NCBI GenBank assembly: GCA_031458695.1
Contig: JAVKJW010000004.1
Coordinates: 32,001-96,000 of the forward strand
Source of the DNA: Candidatus Thermofontivivens primus
GTDB taxonomy: Bacteria; Sysuimicrobiota; Sysuimicrobiia; Sysuimicrobiales; Thermofontiviventaceae
DNA length: 64,000 bases
Reading direction: 5' to 3'
In this document: positions 28,977 through 38,455 of the stretch, one piece after another
Layout of the letters: every line of letters starts with the position of its first letter
How positions within the stretch are numbered: the stretch's first letter is position 1
Notes under the pieces: model-generated
Databases searched by the model: none
Told to the model about the DNA's origin: nothing
What the model saw: the letters and a program-made list of their open reading frames with translations, nothing else
Made by a program: the position numbers and the translations under genes

Positions 28977-31235
28977 ATGCAGAAACCCAACATTGGGGTA
29001 CCCCTCAGACGCCTGGAGGGAGCGGAGAAGGTGACAGGCAGGACCCGCTATGCGGGTGACCTCTCCCTCCCTGGAATGCTCCACGCGCGCTTGGTCCTGA
29101 GTCCTTACGCCCACGCCCGCATCGTCCACATCCCCAAGGAGGGCTTGGGGGTTCCCGGCACCCAGGTGGTCACCGCCGAGGATCTGCCTCCCTCCCCCGA
29201 GGACGCCCACGCGCCTCTCCTGGCGCGCGAGGAGACATGCTTTTGCGGCCAGCCCGTTGCTGTGGTCCTTGCGGAGAGCGAGGCAGCTGCCGAAGACGCT
29301 GCGGAGATGCTCCGCGCGAGGATCCTCTATGAGGAACTGCCAGCTGCTCTCGATCCGCTTGAGGCAATGCGTCCCGGCTCCCCCATTGTCCGCCCAAGGA
29401 GACGCGGAGAGACCGGAGAAACACAGGCACATGCTACGATCGATGTCCAGGAGGGTGGTGGTCCGGAAGCGCCTAACATCACCGCCCATGTCCATTTCTC
29501 TAGAGGAGATGTGACGGTAGGCTTTGCCGAAGCGGACGTTGTGAGAGAGGAGACCTTCCGTACCCCCATCGTCCATCAGTCTTACCTCGAGCCTCATGCC
29601 GCCATTGCGAGCTATGACCCCTTTACCGGAGTCCTGACCCTGTGGGCGAGCGTCCAGGGACAGTTCTACGTGCGGTCTGAGGTGAGTAGAAGGCTAGGCC
29701 TCCCGCAGACGAAGGTGCGGGTGATCCCTATGCCCGTGGGCGGGGCGTTTGGTGCAAAGATCCTCCACCTGGAGCCCCTTGTGGCTGCGCTGGCGTTGGT
29801 CACGCGGCGTCCAGTGCGCCTCGTCCTCTCCAGGATGGAGGAGTTCTTGGCTGGGACTCCCGCGCCCCAGGCGGTCATCACGGGGAAGGTCGGCGCGCGC
29901 CGCGACGGGACACTCGTTGCCCTCCAGGCGCGCCTGGTGTTCGACTCAGGGGCCGAACCGGGAACCCCTCTGAACGTGGCGGCCCTCCTCTTGGGAGGGT
30001 ACTACCGGTTTCCCCACCTCGAGATTGAGGGGTTCGAGGTCCTCACCCACAAGGCACCTGTAGGGGCATACAGGGGGCCTGGCGCGGTCCAGGCGACGTT
30101 CGCCATCGAATCCCTGGTGGACGCGGTTGCCCGCGCCCTTGACCTCGATCCAGTAGAGTTCCGCCTTCGGAACATCGTCCAAGAAGGAGATCCCATGCCT
30201 AACGGGAAGCCTTGGCCACGTATCGGCCTGCGGGAGTGCCTGGAAGCCCTGCGGAACCATGTCCTCTGGCAAGAGAGACGGAAAGAGCCCCACCAGGGCT
30301 ATGGCCTTGCCATTGGAGGTTGGCCCGGCGGGATCGAGCCAGCAAGCGCCTGTGTGCGCGCCAACCCAGATGGAACGTTCCATGTCCTCGTGGGAGCAGT
30401 GGACCTCACAGGAACGGCCACAGCCTTCGCCCAGATCGCTGCGGAGGTCCTCGGCGTCCCCGTGGAGCAGATCCAGGTGATCACGGGGGATACAGACCAG
30501 AGCCCCTATGCCGGGATGTCGGCAGGAAGCAAGACGCTGTATACCGTGGGGGCTGCGGTGAAGCAGGCTGCCGAGGAGGCAAGGCGCCAGCTCCTGACTG
30601 TGGCCAGCGACCAGCTGGAAGCCGCAATCGAAGATTTGGAGATCGTCGATGGACATGTGCAAGTGAAGGGGGTTCCAGGGAAAGCCCTCCCGATCTCCCA
30701 CTTCGCCAAGCTGACCATGCAGTTCGGGGCCAAGTATCCCCCTATCTTCGGCCGGGGGGAATCCAGCATCACCCGGCAGTCCCCAGGGTTCGCGGCACAC
30801 CTCGCCAAGGTGGAAGTGGACCCGGAAACCGGAAGGGTGCGCGTCCTCGAATACCTGGCAGTCCAGGACGTTGGGCGCGCCATCAACCCTGCGGAAGTGC
30901 AAGGACAGATCCACGGGGGCGTTGCTCAGGGCATTGGGTGGGCGCTTCTTGAGGAGGTTCGTTACGATTCCCAGGGTACGCTCCTGACCACCACATTCTC
31001 CGATTACGCTATCCCCAAGGCAGCGGATGTCCCGCAGATCCACACTGTTCTCGTAGAGGTTCCCTCCCCGTTCGGCCCCTTCGGCGCTAAGGGCGTGGGA
31101 GAACCTCCCGTCATTCCTGTGGCCGCCGCCATTTGCAACGCCATCGCCGATGCCGTGGGGGTGCGGGTGACCACGCTCCCTGTCACTCCAGAGCGCCTCC
31201 ACCAGGCGCTCGAGAGCTCCGGCAAGAGTCCTTAA
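28977..31235 (+). CDS. Xanthine dehydrogenase-family molybdopterin-binding large subunit (no adjacent S/M subunits)
   Basis: KVTG...Y..D, GGAFGAK, AYRGPG, GQIHGG and GAKGVGEPP (catalytic Glu) motifs. Confidence 0.9.
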   Translation: MQKPNIGVPLRRLEGAEKVTGRTRYAGDLSLPGMLHARLVLSPYAHARIVHIPKEGLGVPGTQVVTAEDLPPSPEDAHAPLLAREETCFCGQPVAVVLAESEAAAEDAAEMLRARILYEELPAALDPLEAMRPGSPIVRPRRRGETGETQAHATIDVQEGGGPEAPNITAHVHFSRGDVTVGFAEADVVREETFRTPIVHQSYLEPHAAIASYDPFTGVLTLWASVQGQFYVRSEVSRRLGLPQTKVRVIPMPVGGAFGAKILHLEPLVAALALVTRRPVRLVLSRMEEFLAGTPAPQAVITGKVGARRDGTLVALQARLVFDSGAEPGTPLNVAALLLGGYYRFPHLEIEGFEVLTHKAPVGAYRGPGAVQATFAIESLVDAVARALDLDPVEFRLRNIVQEGDPMPNGKPWPRIGLRECLEALRNHVLWQERRKEPHQGYGLAIGGWPGGIEPASACVRANPDGTFHVLVGAVDLTGTATAFAQIAAEVLGVPVEQIQVITGDTDQSPYAGMSAGSKTLYTVGAAVKQAAEEARRQLLTVASDQLEAAIEDLEIVDGHVQVKGVPGKALPISHFAKLTMQFGAKYPPIFGRGESSITRQSPGFAAHLAKVEVDPETGRVRVLEYLAVQDVGRAINPAEVQGQIHGGVAQGIGWALLEEVRYDSQGTLLTTTFSDYAIPKAADVPQIHTVLVEVPSPFGPFGAKGVGEPPVIPVAAAICNAIADAVGVRVTTLPVTPERLHQALESSGKSP

Positions 31236-31549
31236 GTAGCCCCGGCGCAATGCGTATCCCCCCTTCCCTGCACCCGCTCCCACAAGGGGAGCGGGAATGA
31301 GGAGAGAGCCCTCCCGCCAAAGAGGGAGTGCGATGAGGTTCTCTAACTCGTGGAGAGAGCAATGAGAAGAGGTCTTTTCTGTCAAGAAGAATACATGGGA
31401 ACAAGCCTCTTTCTGGAAAAGTGGATGGGAAGAAGTCCCCTCTCACGTATGGTGGGAATTGCCGGGAATAGGTGGTTGAACCTGTACAAGATGGGGCCTA
31501 CCCGGAGGAGACGGGGCCTACCATATCGAAAGAACTTAGGTGGGCTGCA

Positions 31550-32194
31550 ATGAACGGGTTCATCGCCAGCCAGAAATGTAGCGCATGTGTTGTACGGTCG
31601 GCGCTCGAAGGATTGACCACTGCGATCGTCCTCCTAAACCGGCATCAGCGCATCCTCTTTGTCAACCGAACCGCTCAGAAAGTATTCGGGATCGGCCCCA
31701 GGGACCTTGGGAAACAGCTCCACCATATACCTTTAGATCCTGCGTTGCGCGCTGCCTGGTTCCAAGCCTGTACAACTCCTGAACCGACCACATCGCTCGT
31801 ACATCTCAGGGAACCCGAAGAAAGAGTATTACGGATCATGGTTGCTCATTGCCGTACCCCAAAGGGGAAGTTCCTGGGGTGGGCCTTGCTCGCCTGCGAC
31901 GTGACAGACGATCGAAACGTCTCTGTCAAACTGACCACAGATCTGGCAGTAGAATTGCTGCGCTACTTCCAGAGCGAGAGGAGATCATCGCTGCAAGAGG
32001 TTCTTACCCCAGCGGAGTGGCGCGTGTTGCAGCTCCTGGGTGAAGGGTTATCGAACAACGACATCTCCCGCCAACTTGGGGTTTCTCCAAATACCCTCAG
32101 GACCCACTTGAAGAGCCTATACCGCAAGCTTCAGTTATCGAATCGCACGGCCCTCGTCGCCTTCGCCGCACGAGTCAGCCCAAGGGCGGCTTAA
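31550..32194 (+). CDS. PAS-domain + LuxR-HTH one-component regulator
   Basis: IVLLN...ILFVNRTA..VFG PAS start; LTPAEWRVLQLLGEGLSNNDIS..LGVSPNTLRTHLKSLYRKL HTH; start uncertain (31472 or 31550). Confidence 0.85.
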   Translation: MNGFIASQKCSACVVRSALEGLTTAIVLLNRHQRILFVNRTAQKVFGIGPRDLGKQLHHIPLDPALRAAWFQACTTPEPTTSLVHLREPEERVLRIMVAHCRTPKGKFLGWALLACDVTDDRNVSVKLTTDLAVELLRYFQSERRSSLQEVLTPAEWRVLQLLGEGLSNNDISRQLGVSPNTLRTHLKSLYRKLQLSNRTALVAFAARVSPRAA

Positions 32195-32254
32195 GTACCC
32201 CGGCAAAAGTCTTTGACTTTTGCCGGGGACCCCTCTTGAAATAACGGGTCCCCC
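32195..32254 (+). repeat. REP-like palindrome, family A, plus spacer hairpin
   Basis: GTACCCCGGCAAAAGTCTTTGACTTTTGCCGGGG followed by the CCCCTCTTGAAATAAC spacer shared with the copy at 48118. Confidence 0.8.
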
Positions 32255-32331
32255 CTCACAAGAAGAACCCGCAATGAATTCGCCGATCACTGACAGGATC
32301 AGACGTTTCGTGAGACGCTCTGTTCGTCTAC

Positions 32332-32371
32332 TTCACCCTTTCTGGTGAAAAAGTTCACCCCCGGTGGTGAT
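32332..32371. promoter_or_regulatory. Tandem palindromic operator pair upstream of the cytochrome gene
   Basis: TTCACC-N6-GGTGAA (32332-32349) and TTCACC-N6-GGTGAT (32354-32371), 22-bp period. Confidence 0.6.
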
Positions 32372-32420
32372 TCCCTCCGGCCGCCACCCCGCGATAGGAT
32401 GAAAAGCGGAGGTGGCGGCG

Positions 32421-33521
32421 ATGCGCAGGTGGCATGGAGCAGCAACAGCCCTCATGGTTTTCCTCGCGTTGACTCTCCTCGGCGGTCTGTCATTCCCGGC
32501 ACCCCCCTCCCCGGAGGAAACCTTCCCGACCAGCCTACACTCCCTCCGTCTTGGGAAGGTCACCTGGTACAGCAAAGCAAAAGGGGGGTTCGAGGCGATC
32601 ACCAATATCCCCATCAAGAACCTTGAGTGTCTCACATGCCATCCAGGGACGAAAGCCGACGGCACGCCCATCGACCCTGCAAGGTATGTACCTGACTGCA
32701 CTGATTGCCATGCTAAACCTGGGGACAAAGTGGCAGACGCCACCTGCCTGAAATGCCACCGACGTCAGGCTTTAGAGATCGGTCTGGGCTATAGCGACGT
32801 GCACAGGGCGAAGGGCTTGCGCTGCATGGATTGCCACACGACGCGCGAGATGCACGGGGACGGGAAGAAGTACGCCTCATGGCTTGCTCCAGGCGCAATG
32901 GACGCCGCCTGCGAAAACTGCCACAGGACCCTTGCACGGAACCCAGCACATGACATCCACGCTGCGACGGTCCACTGTACCTCCTGTCACGCACAATCCG
33001 TGATCTCTTGCTACAGCTGTCACTTCGAGAGTGAGGTGGAGGGGAAAATCAAGCGAGCACATGCTACCTTGCGAGACTTCCTCCTCCTCGTCCGGCGCCA
33101 GGGAACGGGAAAGGTCTACTCGGGCACACTCATGACCCTGACCTACAAGGGGAGGTCCTTCCTGGCCATCGCCCCCTACCGCGCGCACACCATCACCCGC
33201 ACAGGGAGGGCGTGTACCGACTGCCATCAGAATGCCACGATCATGGAATACGCGAAGACCGGGAAGATCCGCCTGACCTCCTGGGACGCCTCCAAGAGGA
33301 CGATCGTCATCACCAAGGGCGTGATCCCTGTCCCGCCCGATTGGCAGAAGGCGTTCCAGCTCGATTTCCCCAACTATACCGGAGACCCGAAGGTGGCCCA
33401 GACGGATCCGACCAAGTGGGTCTTCCTGAAGTCAGGGGCTGACGCTACACAAATGCTCTATGCGGATCCCCTCACCAAGGAGCAAATCGAGAAGCTCAAG
33501 CGGCTAGGAGTCAAGAAGTAA
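32421..33521 (+). CDS. Secreted octaheme c-type cytochrome
   Basis: Signal peptide and 8 CXXCH motifs (CLTCH, CTDCH, CLKCH, CMDCH, CENCH, CTSCH, CYSCH, CTDCH). Confidence 0.9.
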   Translation: MRRWHGAATALMVFLALTLLGGLSFPAPPSPEETFPTSLHSLRLGKVTWYSKAKGGFEAITNIPIKNLECLTCHPGTKADGTPIDPARYVPDCTDCHAKPGDKVADATCLKCHRRQALEIGLGYSDVHRAKGLRCMDCHTTREMHGDGKKYASWLAPGAMDAACENCHRTLARNPAHDIHAATVHCTSCHAQSVISCYSCHFESEVEGKIKRAHATLRDFLLLVRRQGTGKVYSGTLMTLTYKGRSFLAIAPYRAHTITRTGRACTDCHQNATIMEYAKTGKIRLTSWDASKRTIVITKGVIPVPPDWQKAFQLDFPNYTGDPKVAQTDPTKWVFLKSGADATQMLYADPLTKEQIEKLKRLGVKK

Positions 33522-34098
33522 TAACCAAGAGAAAGTACTCGTGTACTCGGGGATCCCCACAGATCTCCGGATGGAACGTAGCGCCGAGGAGGTTCCCCTG
33601 CCGGACGAGGACAGGGCGGCCCTGGTAGGTCGCAAGGACCTCGACCGCAGGACCGACGCGCTCGATCCTAGGAGCGCGGATGAAGGCAACCCGCAGGGGA
33701 TCAGCGCCGAGAAGAGGAACCTCCACCTTTGCCTCAAAGCTCTCCCGCTGCCGGCCATAGGCGTTGCGCTGGACCCTCACGTCCATCACCCTGAGGAGGG
33801 GAGGTTCGCCTCCGTCAACTTCAGAGGCCATCAGGATGAGCCCTGCGCACGTACCGAAGACGGGAAAGCCATCCCGGACCCTCTCCCTGATCGCCTCATC
33901 CAGGCCATACCGTGCCATAAGTCCCCCGATGGTCGTAGATTCTCCCCCAGGGATGATGAGACCGTCCACTTCCCTCAGGGCCTCCGGCGTACGAACCTCC
34001 ATCGCCCGGCCGCCGGCAGCTTCGACCATGGCCATGTGTTCCTGGACATCGCCCTGAAGGGCCAATACACCGATCTGAACCATTCTCTTCATCCTCAC
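33511..34098 (-). CDS. pdxT: PLP synthase glutaminase subunit
   Basis: GVLALQG, PGGEST, GTCAG, RNAYGRQ and FHPE motifs. Confidence 0.95.
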   Translation of the reverse strand: MRMKRMVQIGVLALQGDVQEHMAMVEAAGGRAMEVRTPEALREVDGLIIPGGESTTIGGLMARYGLDEAIRERVRDGFPVFGTCAGLILMASEVDGGEPPLLRVMDVRVQRNAYGRQRESFEAKVEVPLLGADPLRVAFIRAPRIERVGPAVEVLATYQGRPVLVRQGNLLGATFHPEICGDPRVHEYFLLVITS

Positions 34099-34991
34099 TG
34101 CCCCCTGATCTGGAGAAGTTCCTTCTCCTCCAGCTTGCGCACGTCAATGCCGCGCATGGGCTCCCCCAGGCCTTCAGAGACCCTTGCCAGCACCTCGGGG
34201 TCGTTGAAGTAGGTAACCGCCTCCACGATAGCTCGGGCCCGGCGGGCAGGGTTCTCCGACTTGAAGATCCCTGAGCCCACGAAGACACCATCTGCGCCAA
34301 GTTGCATCATCAGCGCGGCATCCGCGGGTGTGGCGATCCCTCCCGCTGCGAAGTTCACCACCGGGAGCCTTCCAAGCCTGCGCGTCTCTAGCACGAGTTC
34401 GAACGGCGCGCCAAGCTCCTTAGAAGCTGTCATAAGTTCCTCTTCTGGGAGCACCTGGAGTTGGCGGATCCCATCCATGATCAAACGCATATGGCGTACT
34501 GCCTCGACGACATTTCCGGTCCCTGCCTCGCCCTTCGTCCGGATCATCGCTGCGCCTTCGCCAATGCGCCGCAGCGCTTCCCCGAGATCTCTCGCCCCGC
34601 ACACAAATGGCACCTTGAACCGGTGCTTGTCGATGTGATACCGCTCGTCGGCGGGGGTCAAGACCTCGCTCTCGTCGATGAAGTCCACCCCCAACGCCTC
34701 CAGGATCTGTGCCTCCACGAAGTGACCGATGCGCACCTTCGCCATCACCGGGATGGTCACGGCCTCCATGATCTCCTTGATCTTCCTGGGATCGGCCATG
34801 CGAGCGACCCCGCCCTGCGCCCTGATGTCTGCAGGAACTCGCTCCAGGGCCATGACTGCCACCGCTCCGGCTTCCTCGGCAATCCTAGCCTGCTCCGCGT
34901 TCGTGACATCCATGATGACGCCACCCTTTAACATCTGAGCCAAGCCCCGCTTGATGGCCACAGTCCCCTGGTCCATGACGTTTACCTCCAT
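34095..34991 (-). CDS. pdxS: PLP synthase lyase subunit
   Basis: [28 protein letters not shown] and [16 protein letters not shown] motifs. Confidence 0.97.
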   Translation of the reverse strand: MEVNVMDQGTVAIKRGLAQMLKGGVIMDVTNAEQARIAEEAGAVAVMALERVPADIRAQGGVARMADPRKIKEIMEAVTIPVMAKVRIGHFVEAQILEALGVDFIDESEVLTPADERYHIDKHRFKVPFVCGARDLGEALRRIGEGAAMIRTKGEAGTGNVVEAVRHMRLIMDGIRQLQVLPEEELMTASKELGAPFELVLETRRLGRLPVVNFAAGGIATPADAALMMQLGADGVFVGSGIFKSENPARRARAIVEAVTYFNDPEVLARVSEGLGEPMRGIDVRKLEEKELLQIRGQ

Positions 34992-35051
34992 CTTGAAGTT
35001 GTCCCATCGGTGTAGGTGCAGGGCATGCCGTGCACCTCCCAGCGGAGAAAG

Positions 35052-36554
35052 TTACAGAATCGGCACCGGAACCCGCTGGAGCTTCGGCCGCGCCCTTCGG
35101 GCCCGCTCCAGGAGGAACTGGATCGTCTCCCCTAACTTGCGGATCCCTTCCTCGATGCGCTCAGGAGGGTGGAGGGAGAAGTTCAGCCGGATATATTCTT
35201 CTCCCGATCGATCCGGGAAGAACGCCGGGCCCGGCGCAATTGCAACCCCTCGCGCCAGCCCCTGGAAGAAGACCTCAAACGCGTTGACCTCGCGGGGGAG
35301 CTTCGCCCACAGGTACAGGCCTCCCTGGGGTAGTGTCCATGCAACTCCTGGAGGGAAGTGCCTTTCCATGCTCCGGGCCATGGCATCCCTGCGCTCCCTG
35401 CAGGCGACGCGGATGCGCCGGAGGTGCGTGTGGATGCCCTCTCGCTGGATGAACTCGTTCACCGCCCACTGGATCAACGAGGAGGTGTGCAGGTCTGCGG
35501 TCTGCTTGGCATACATCAGCCGCTCTCGCAACCCGTGGGGGACCACCATGTATCCGATCCGGAGCCCGGCGAACAAGGTCTTCGAAAAACCCCCCAGGTA
35601 GATCACGTAGCCAGAGGTGTCCAGCGCCCGGAGCGGAGGAGGCGGGCTTTCCTGGTAGTAGAGCTCACTGTACGCATCATCTTCCAGAATGAGCACGGCG
35701 TGCTCCCTGGCGAGGGCGAGCAACTGGCGCCGGCGTTCCAAGGACATGCTGCCCCCTCGAGGGCTGTGGAAGGTTGGGATGGTGTAGATGAGTCGCGGCC
35801 TGTAGCGGATGAGCAAGAGTTTCAGAGTCTGTAGGCACATCCCTTCCTCGTCCACGGGGACGGCCAGAATCTTTGCCCCGCGGGCCTCGAAGGCATCGAT
35901 CGCCCCGATGTAGGTGGGACTCTCCAAGACCACCGCATCGCCAGGCTCCACTAGGGTGCGGGCGACGAGATCAATGGCCTGCTGGGTGCCTGAGGTAATG
36001 AGAATTGTCTCAGGGGTCGCGACGATGCCCACATCTACCAAGTAGCGGGAGATCGACTGGCGGAGAGGAAGGAGGCCTTCCGGCACATCGTACTGCAGCG
36101 CGCTCACCCCTTCCCTCCTGAGAACACGGTTGATGGCCCTCCGCAGCCCATCCACGGGGAAGAACTCGGGTGCGGGGACTCCGGCCGCGAAGGAAAGGAT
36201 ATCCCGGCTCGCCGCCATCCGTAGCATGTCCCGCAAGATCGCCCGTGTGGAGAGACGGCTAGGGGAAACCTCCCAGGGAGGTTCGGAAGGAGGGGTGGGG
36301 AGAGGAGGTTCCCCGCTTGGCCCCTGGACGAACGTCCCCCGCCCGACGTGCGCGCTGAGGAGACCCTCGGCAATGAGCTCGTCGTAGGCCTCCTGGACGG
36401 TGATCCGCGCAACTCCCAACCGCTGCGCAAGGGACCTCGTAGAAGGAAGGCGGCTCCCTGGAGGGAGAGAACCTGAAAGGATCTGCTCCTTCAGGAAGTT
36501 CTTGATCTGCAGGTAGAGGGGAACCTCGCTCTCGTGTTTCAACTCGATGTACAT
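35052..36554 (-). CDS. pdxR: MocR/GabR-family GntR-aminotransferase regulator (PdxR-like)
   Basis: N-terminal GntR HTH (LPSTRSLA) plus aminotransferase domain (EDDAY, GGFSK); directly upstream of pdxST. Confidence 0.8.
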   Translation of the reverse strand: MYIELKHESEVPLYLQIKNFLKEQILSGSLPPGSRLPSTRSLAQRLGVARITVQEAYDELIAEGLLSAHVGRGTFVQGPSGEPPLPTPPSEPPWEVSPSRLSTRAILRDMLRMAASRDILSFAAGVPAPEFFPVDGLRRAINRVLRREGVSALQYDVPEGLLPLRQSISRYLVDVGIVATPETILITSGTQQAIDLVARTLVEPGDAVVLESPTYIGAIDAFEARGAKILAVPVDEEGMCLQTLKLLLIRYRPRLIYTIPTFHSPRGGSMSLERRRQLLALAREHAVLILEDDAYSELYYQESPPPPLRALDTSGYVIYLGGFSKTLFAGLRIGYMVVPHGLRERLMYAKQTADLHTSSLIQWAVNEFIQREGIHTHLRRIRVACRERRDAMARSMERHFPPGVAWTLPQGGLYLWAKLPREVNAFEVFFQGLARGVAIAPGPAFFPDRSGEEYIRLNFSLHPPERIEEGIRKLGETIQFLLERARRARPKLQRVPVPIL

Positions 36555-36583
36555 ACCTCACGACCTCGGTCCATGTCTCCGTT

Positions 36584-36619
36584 ATTATATGGATCCAAAT
36601 AGATCCAATTGTAGATCCA
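36584..36619 (-). promoter_or_regulatory. pdxR promoter -10 with three TGGATC direct repeats
   Basis: TATAAT (36589-36584); plus-strand RGATCCA repeats starting at 36591, 36601 and 36613. Confidence 0.55.
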
Positions 36620-36656
36620 TTTTAGCCCATGGATAGGCGGGCCAATCCTGGAAAGG

Positions 36657-36917
36657 TCAGGAGGAGCTTTCTGGGTCGTTGGGCGCCTGCAGGAGGTGCC
36701 GGGCGCGCGCTTCAAACTCTGCAGGGACCAACAGATCTCCCCACACTCCTGTTGCTCGGCTGATGATGTCGCCGTACCCTGGGATCTGGCGGGAGCGCAG
36801 GAGCACGGGGATCCCCTCCCTTTCCAGGAGGTCCTTGAGGAGGAGGGCCTCCGCTTCAGAGGAGGGGCTATAGATACGGACAAGCCGTCTTCCGAGCCAG
36901 CGTTCAAGGAACCTCAT
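36657..36917 (-). CDS. DUF2007-like small protein
   Basis: EALLLKDLLEREGIP...LLVP.E..ARAR pattern. Confidence 0.7.
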   Translation of the reverse strand: MRFLERWLGRRLVRIYSPSSEAEALLLKDLLEREGIPVLLRSRQIPGYGDIISRATGVWGDLLVPAEFEARARHLLQAPNDPESSS

Positions 36918-37764
36918 TGCCGTCCTCCTCGCACTTGGGCTTCCGGTAACCTACTGCCCAAGCGAATACCTCCCGCCGTGGAAGCCCGTAGGCACGGGCG
37001 ACTTGTCTGACCGCCTCTTTTGGGGGGACCCCAGCCAGGAGAAGCTGGGCGAGATGTTCTTGGGCCGCCCAGCGGTTCGGCTCTCGCTGCCCCGTACTCC
37101 CTTCTACCACCAAGGTGACCTCTCCGCGAACAGGCCCCTGTTCTAGTCGTGCCAGCACCTCGCTGATCCGGCCCCGGAGGACCTCCTCATGAACCTTGGT
37201 CAGCTCCCGTGCCACAGCGATCCTCCGGTCTCCCAACACTTCCAGAAGATCCCGAAGCGTCTGAATCAACCGGTGGGGGGCCTCGAAGAAGACGAGGCTC
37301 CCAGGGAGCCCCTGCAACGACTGCAGGACAGCCCGGCGCTCGCTCCGCTTCCGCGGGAGGAACCCGGCGAAGGTGTAGCGGTCTGTGGGGAGGCCAGAGA
37401 CCACCAGAGCGGTCGTGACTGCGCTTGGGCCCGGGATGGGTATCACGGGAATGCCCTCGGCGATGGCAGCCTGGATGAGCACAGAGCCCGGATCGGAAAT
37501 GGCTGGCATCCCCGCGTCGGTGAGGAGGGCGATGGATTCGCCCGACCGCAACCGCGAGAGGAGCTCTCCCGCGCGCTCCCGCTCGTTGTGCTCGTGGTAG
37601 CTCACCAGGGGTTTGGAGAGGTTGTAGCGAGCGAGGAGGTTGCGCGTCCTGCGGGTATCCTCGCAAGCGATGAGGTCAACCTCCTGGAGGATGCGCAGGG
37701 CCCGAAGAGTGATGTCCTCGAGGTTCCCAATGGGGGTTCCCACGACATAGAGCTTCCCTGTCAC
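36904..37764 (-). CDS. rsmI: 16S rRNA C1402 2'-O-methyltransferase
   Basis: TPIGNLEDITLRA, CEDTR, DAGMPAISDPG, EAPHR and RELTKVHEE motifs. Confidence 0.95.
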   Translation of the reverse strand: MTGKLYVVGTPIGNLEDITLRALRILQEVDLIACEDTRRTRNLLARYNLSKPLVSYHEHNERERAGELLSRLRSGESIALLTDAGMPAISDPGSVLIQAAIAEGIPVIPIPGPSAVTTALVVSGLPTDRYTFAGFLPRKRSERRAVLQSLQGLPGSLVFFEAPHRLIQTLRDLLEVLGDRRIAVARELTKVHEEVLRGRISEVLARLEQGPVRGEVTLVVEGSTGQREPNRWAAQEHLAQLLLAGVPPKEAVRQVARAYGLPRREVFAWAVGYRKPKCEEDGNEVP

Positions 37765-37872
37765 CCAATCACCCCATCTATTGGTACGTCCTTGCCCAAG
37801 GATCGCGGAGACCCTCGCTGCCTTTCCAGTCTGCTGGATTCAGCACGGTCCAGTTTTTTAGAAAAGATTCTT

Positions 37873-38358
37873 CTAGGATCCAAGGATCTTGCGCACAGCC
37901 TCGACTGCCTCATACGCGGTCTCCACGTAGACAATGGGAGCGGCCTCACCGCCACGCACCGCCTGCCATGTCCGCAAGCCCACTACCGGTTTGCCTGCCC
38001 GCAGGGCGTGACCAATCTCGGACAACGTTCCGAATCCACCCCCGATGGCAATCAGAGCTTCGGCGGTGAGCACGATCATCACATTGCGCATCTGCCCTGC
38101 TCCGGTGGCGATGGGGATGTCCACGTAGCGATTGGCCTCTGCGATGTCCACACCAGGGAGGATCCCCACGGTGATCCCTCCCCGCGACCGTGCTCCCCGG
38201 CAGGCCGCTTCCATGATGCCAGTGAGGCCCCCACAGACGAGGATGTAGCCGGACTCAGCAATGAGGGCACCTACTTCCTCGGCCAGCCTGGTGTGCTCAG
38301 GGTTGGAGATTTGGCTCTCCCCGATCACCCCGACGATGCGCCTGCGCCCTACTCCCAC
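37873..38358 (-). CDS. LOG/DprA-fold protein (TIGR00725-like)
   Basis: CGGLTGIMEA, VGILPG, RNV and GGGFGTLSEI motifs. Confidence 0.85.
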   Translation of the reverse strand: MGVGRRRIVGVIGESQISNPEHTRLAEEVGALIAESGYILVCGGLTGIMEAACRGARSRGGITVGILPGVDIAEANRYVDIPIATGAGQMRNVMIVLTAEALIAIGGGFGTLSEIGHALRAGKPVVGLRTWQAVRGGEAAPIVYVETAYEAVEAVRKILGS

Positions 38359-38455
38359 CGAATTTCCCCTCCCTTTCAAGAGGCAGGCACAGAGGCCTGC
38401 CTCTACGACCATCATACTGCACCTGTGGGTCCGCAGAGAGGGAAAGCACAGCGAT

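Noticed and set aside
29946..31385. 479-aa antisense ORF, and similar long shadow ORFs (46241-47482, 37189-38526, 14860-15822)
   Set aside because: They lie opposite well-supported genes and have no motifs; such ORFs are expected in GC-rich DNA.
31236..31470. Structured RNA between the Mo subunit and PAS-LuxR genes
   Set aside because: Short hairpins (CCCGCTCCC..GGGAGCGGG) and a GTAGCCCCGGC REP-like stub are adequately explained as terminator or repeat debris.
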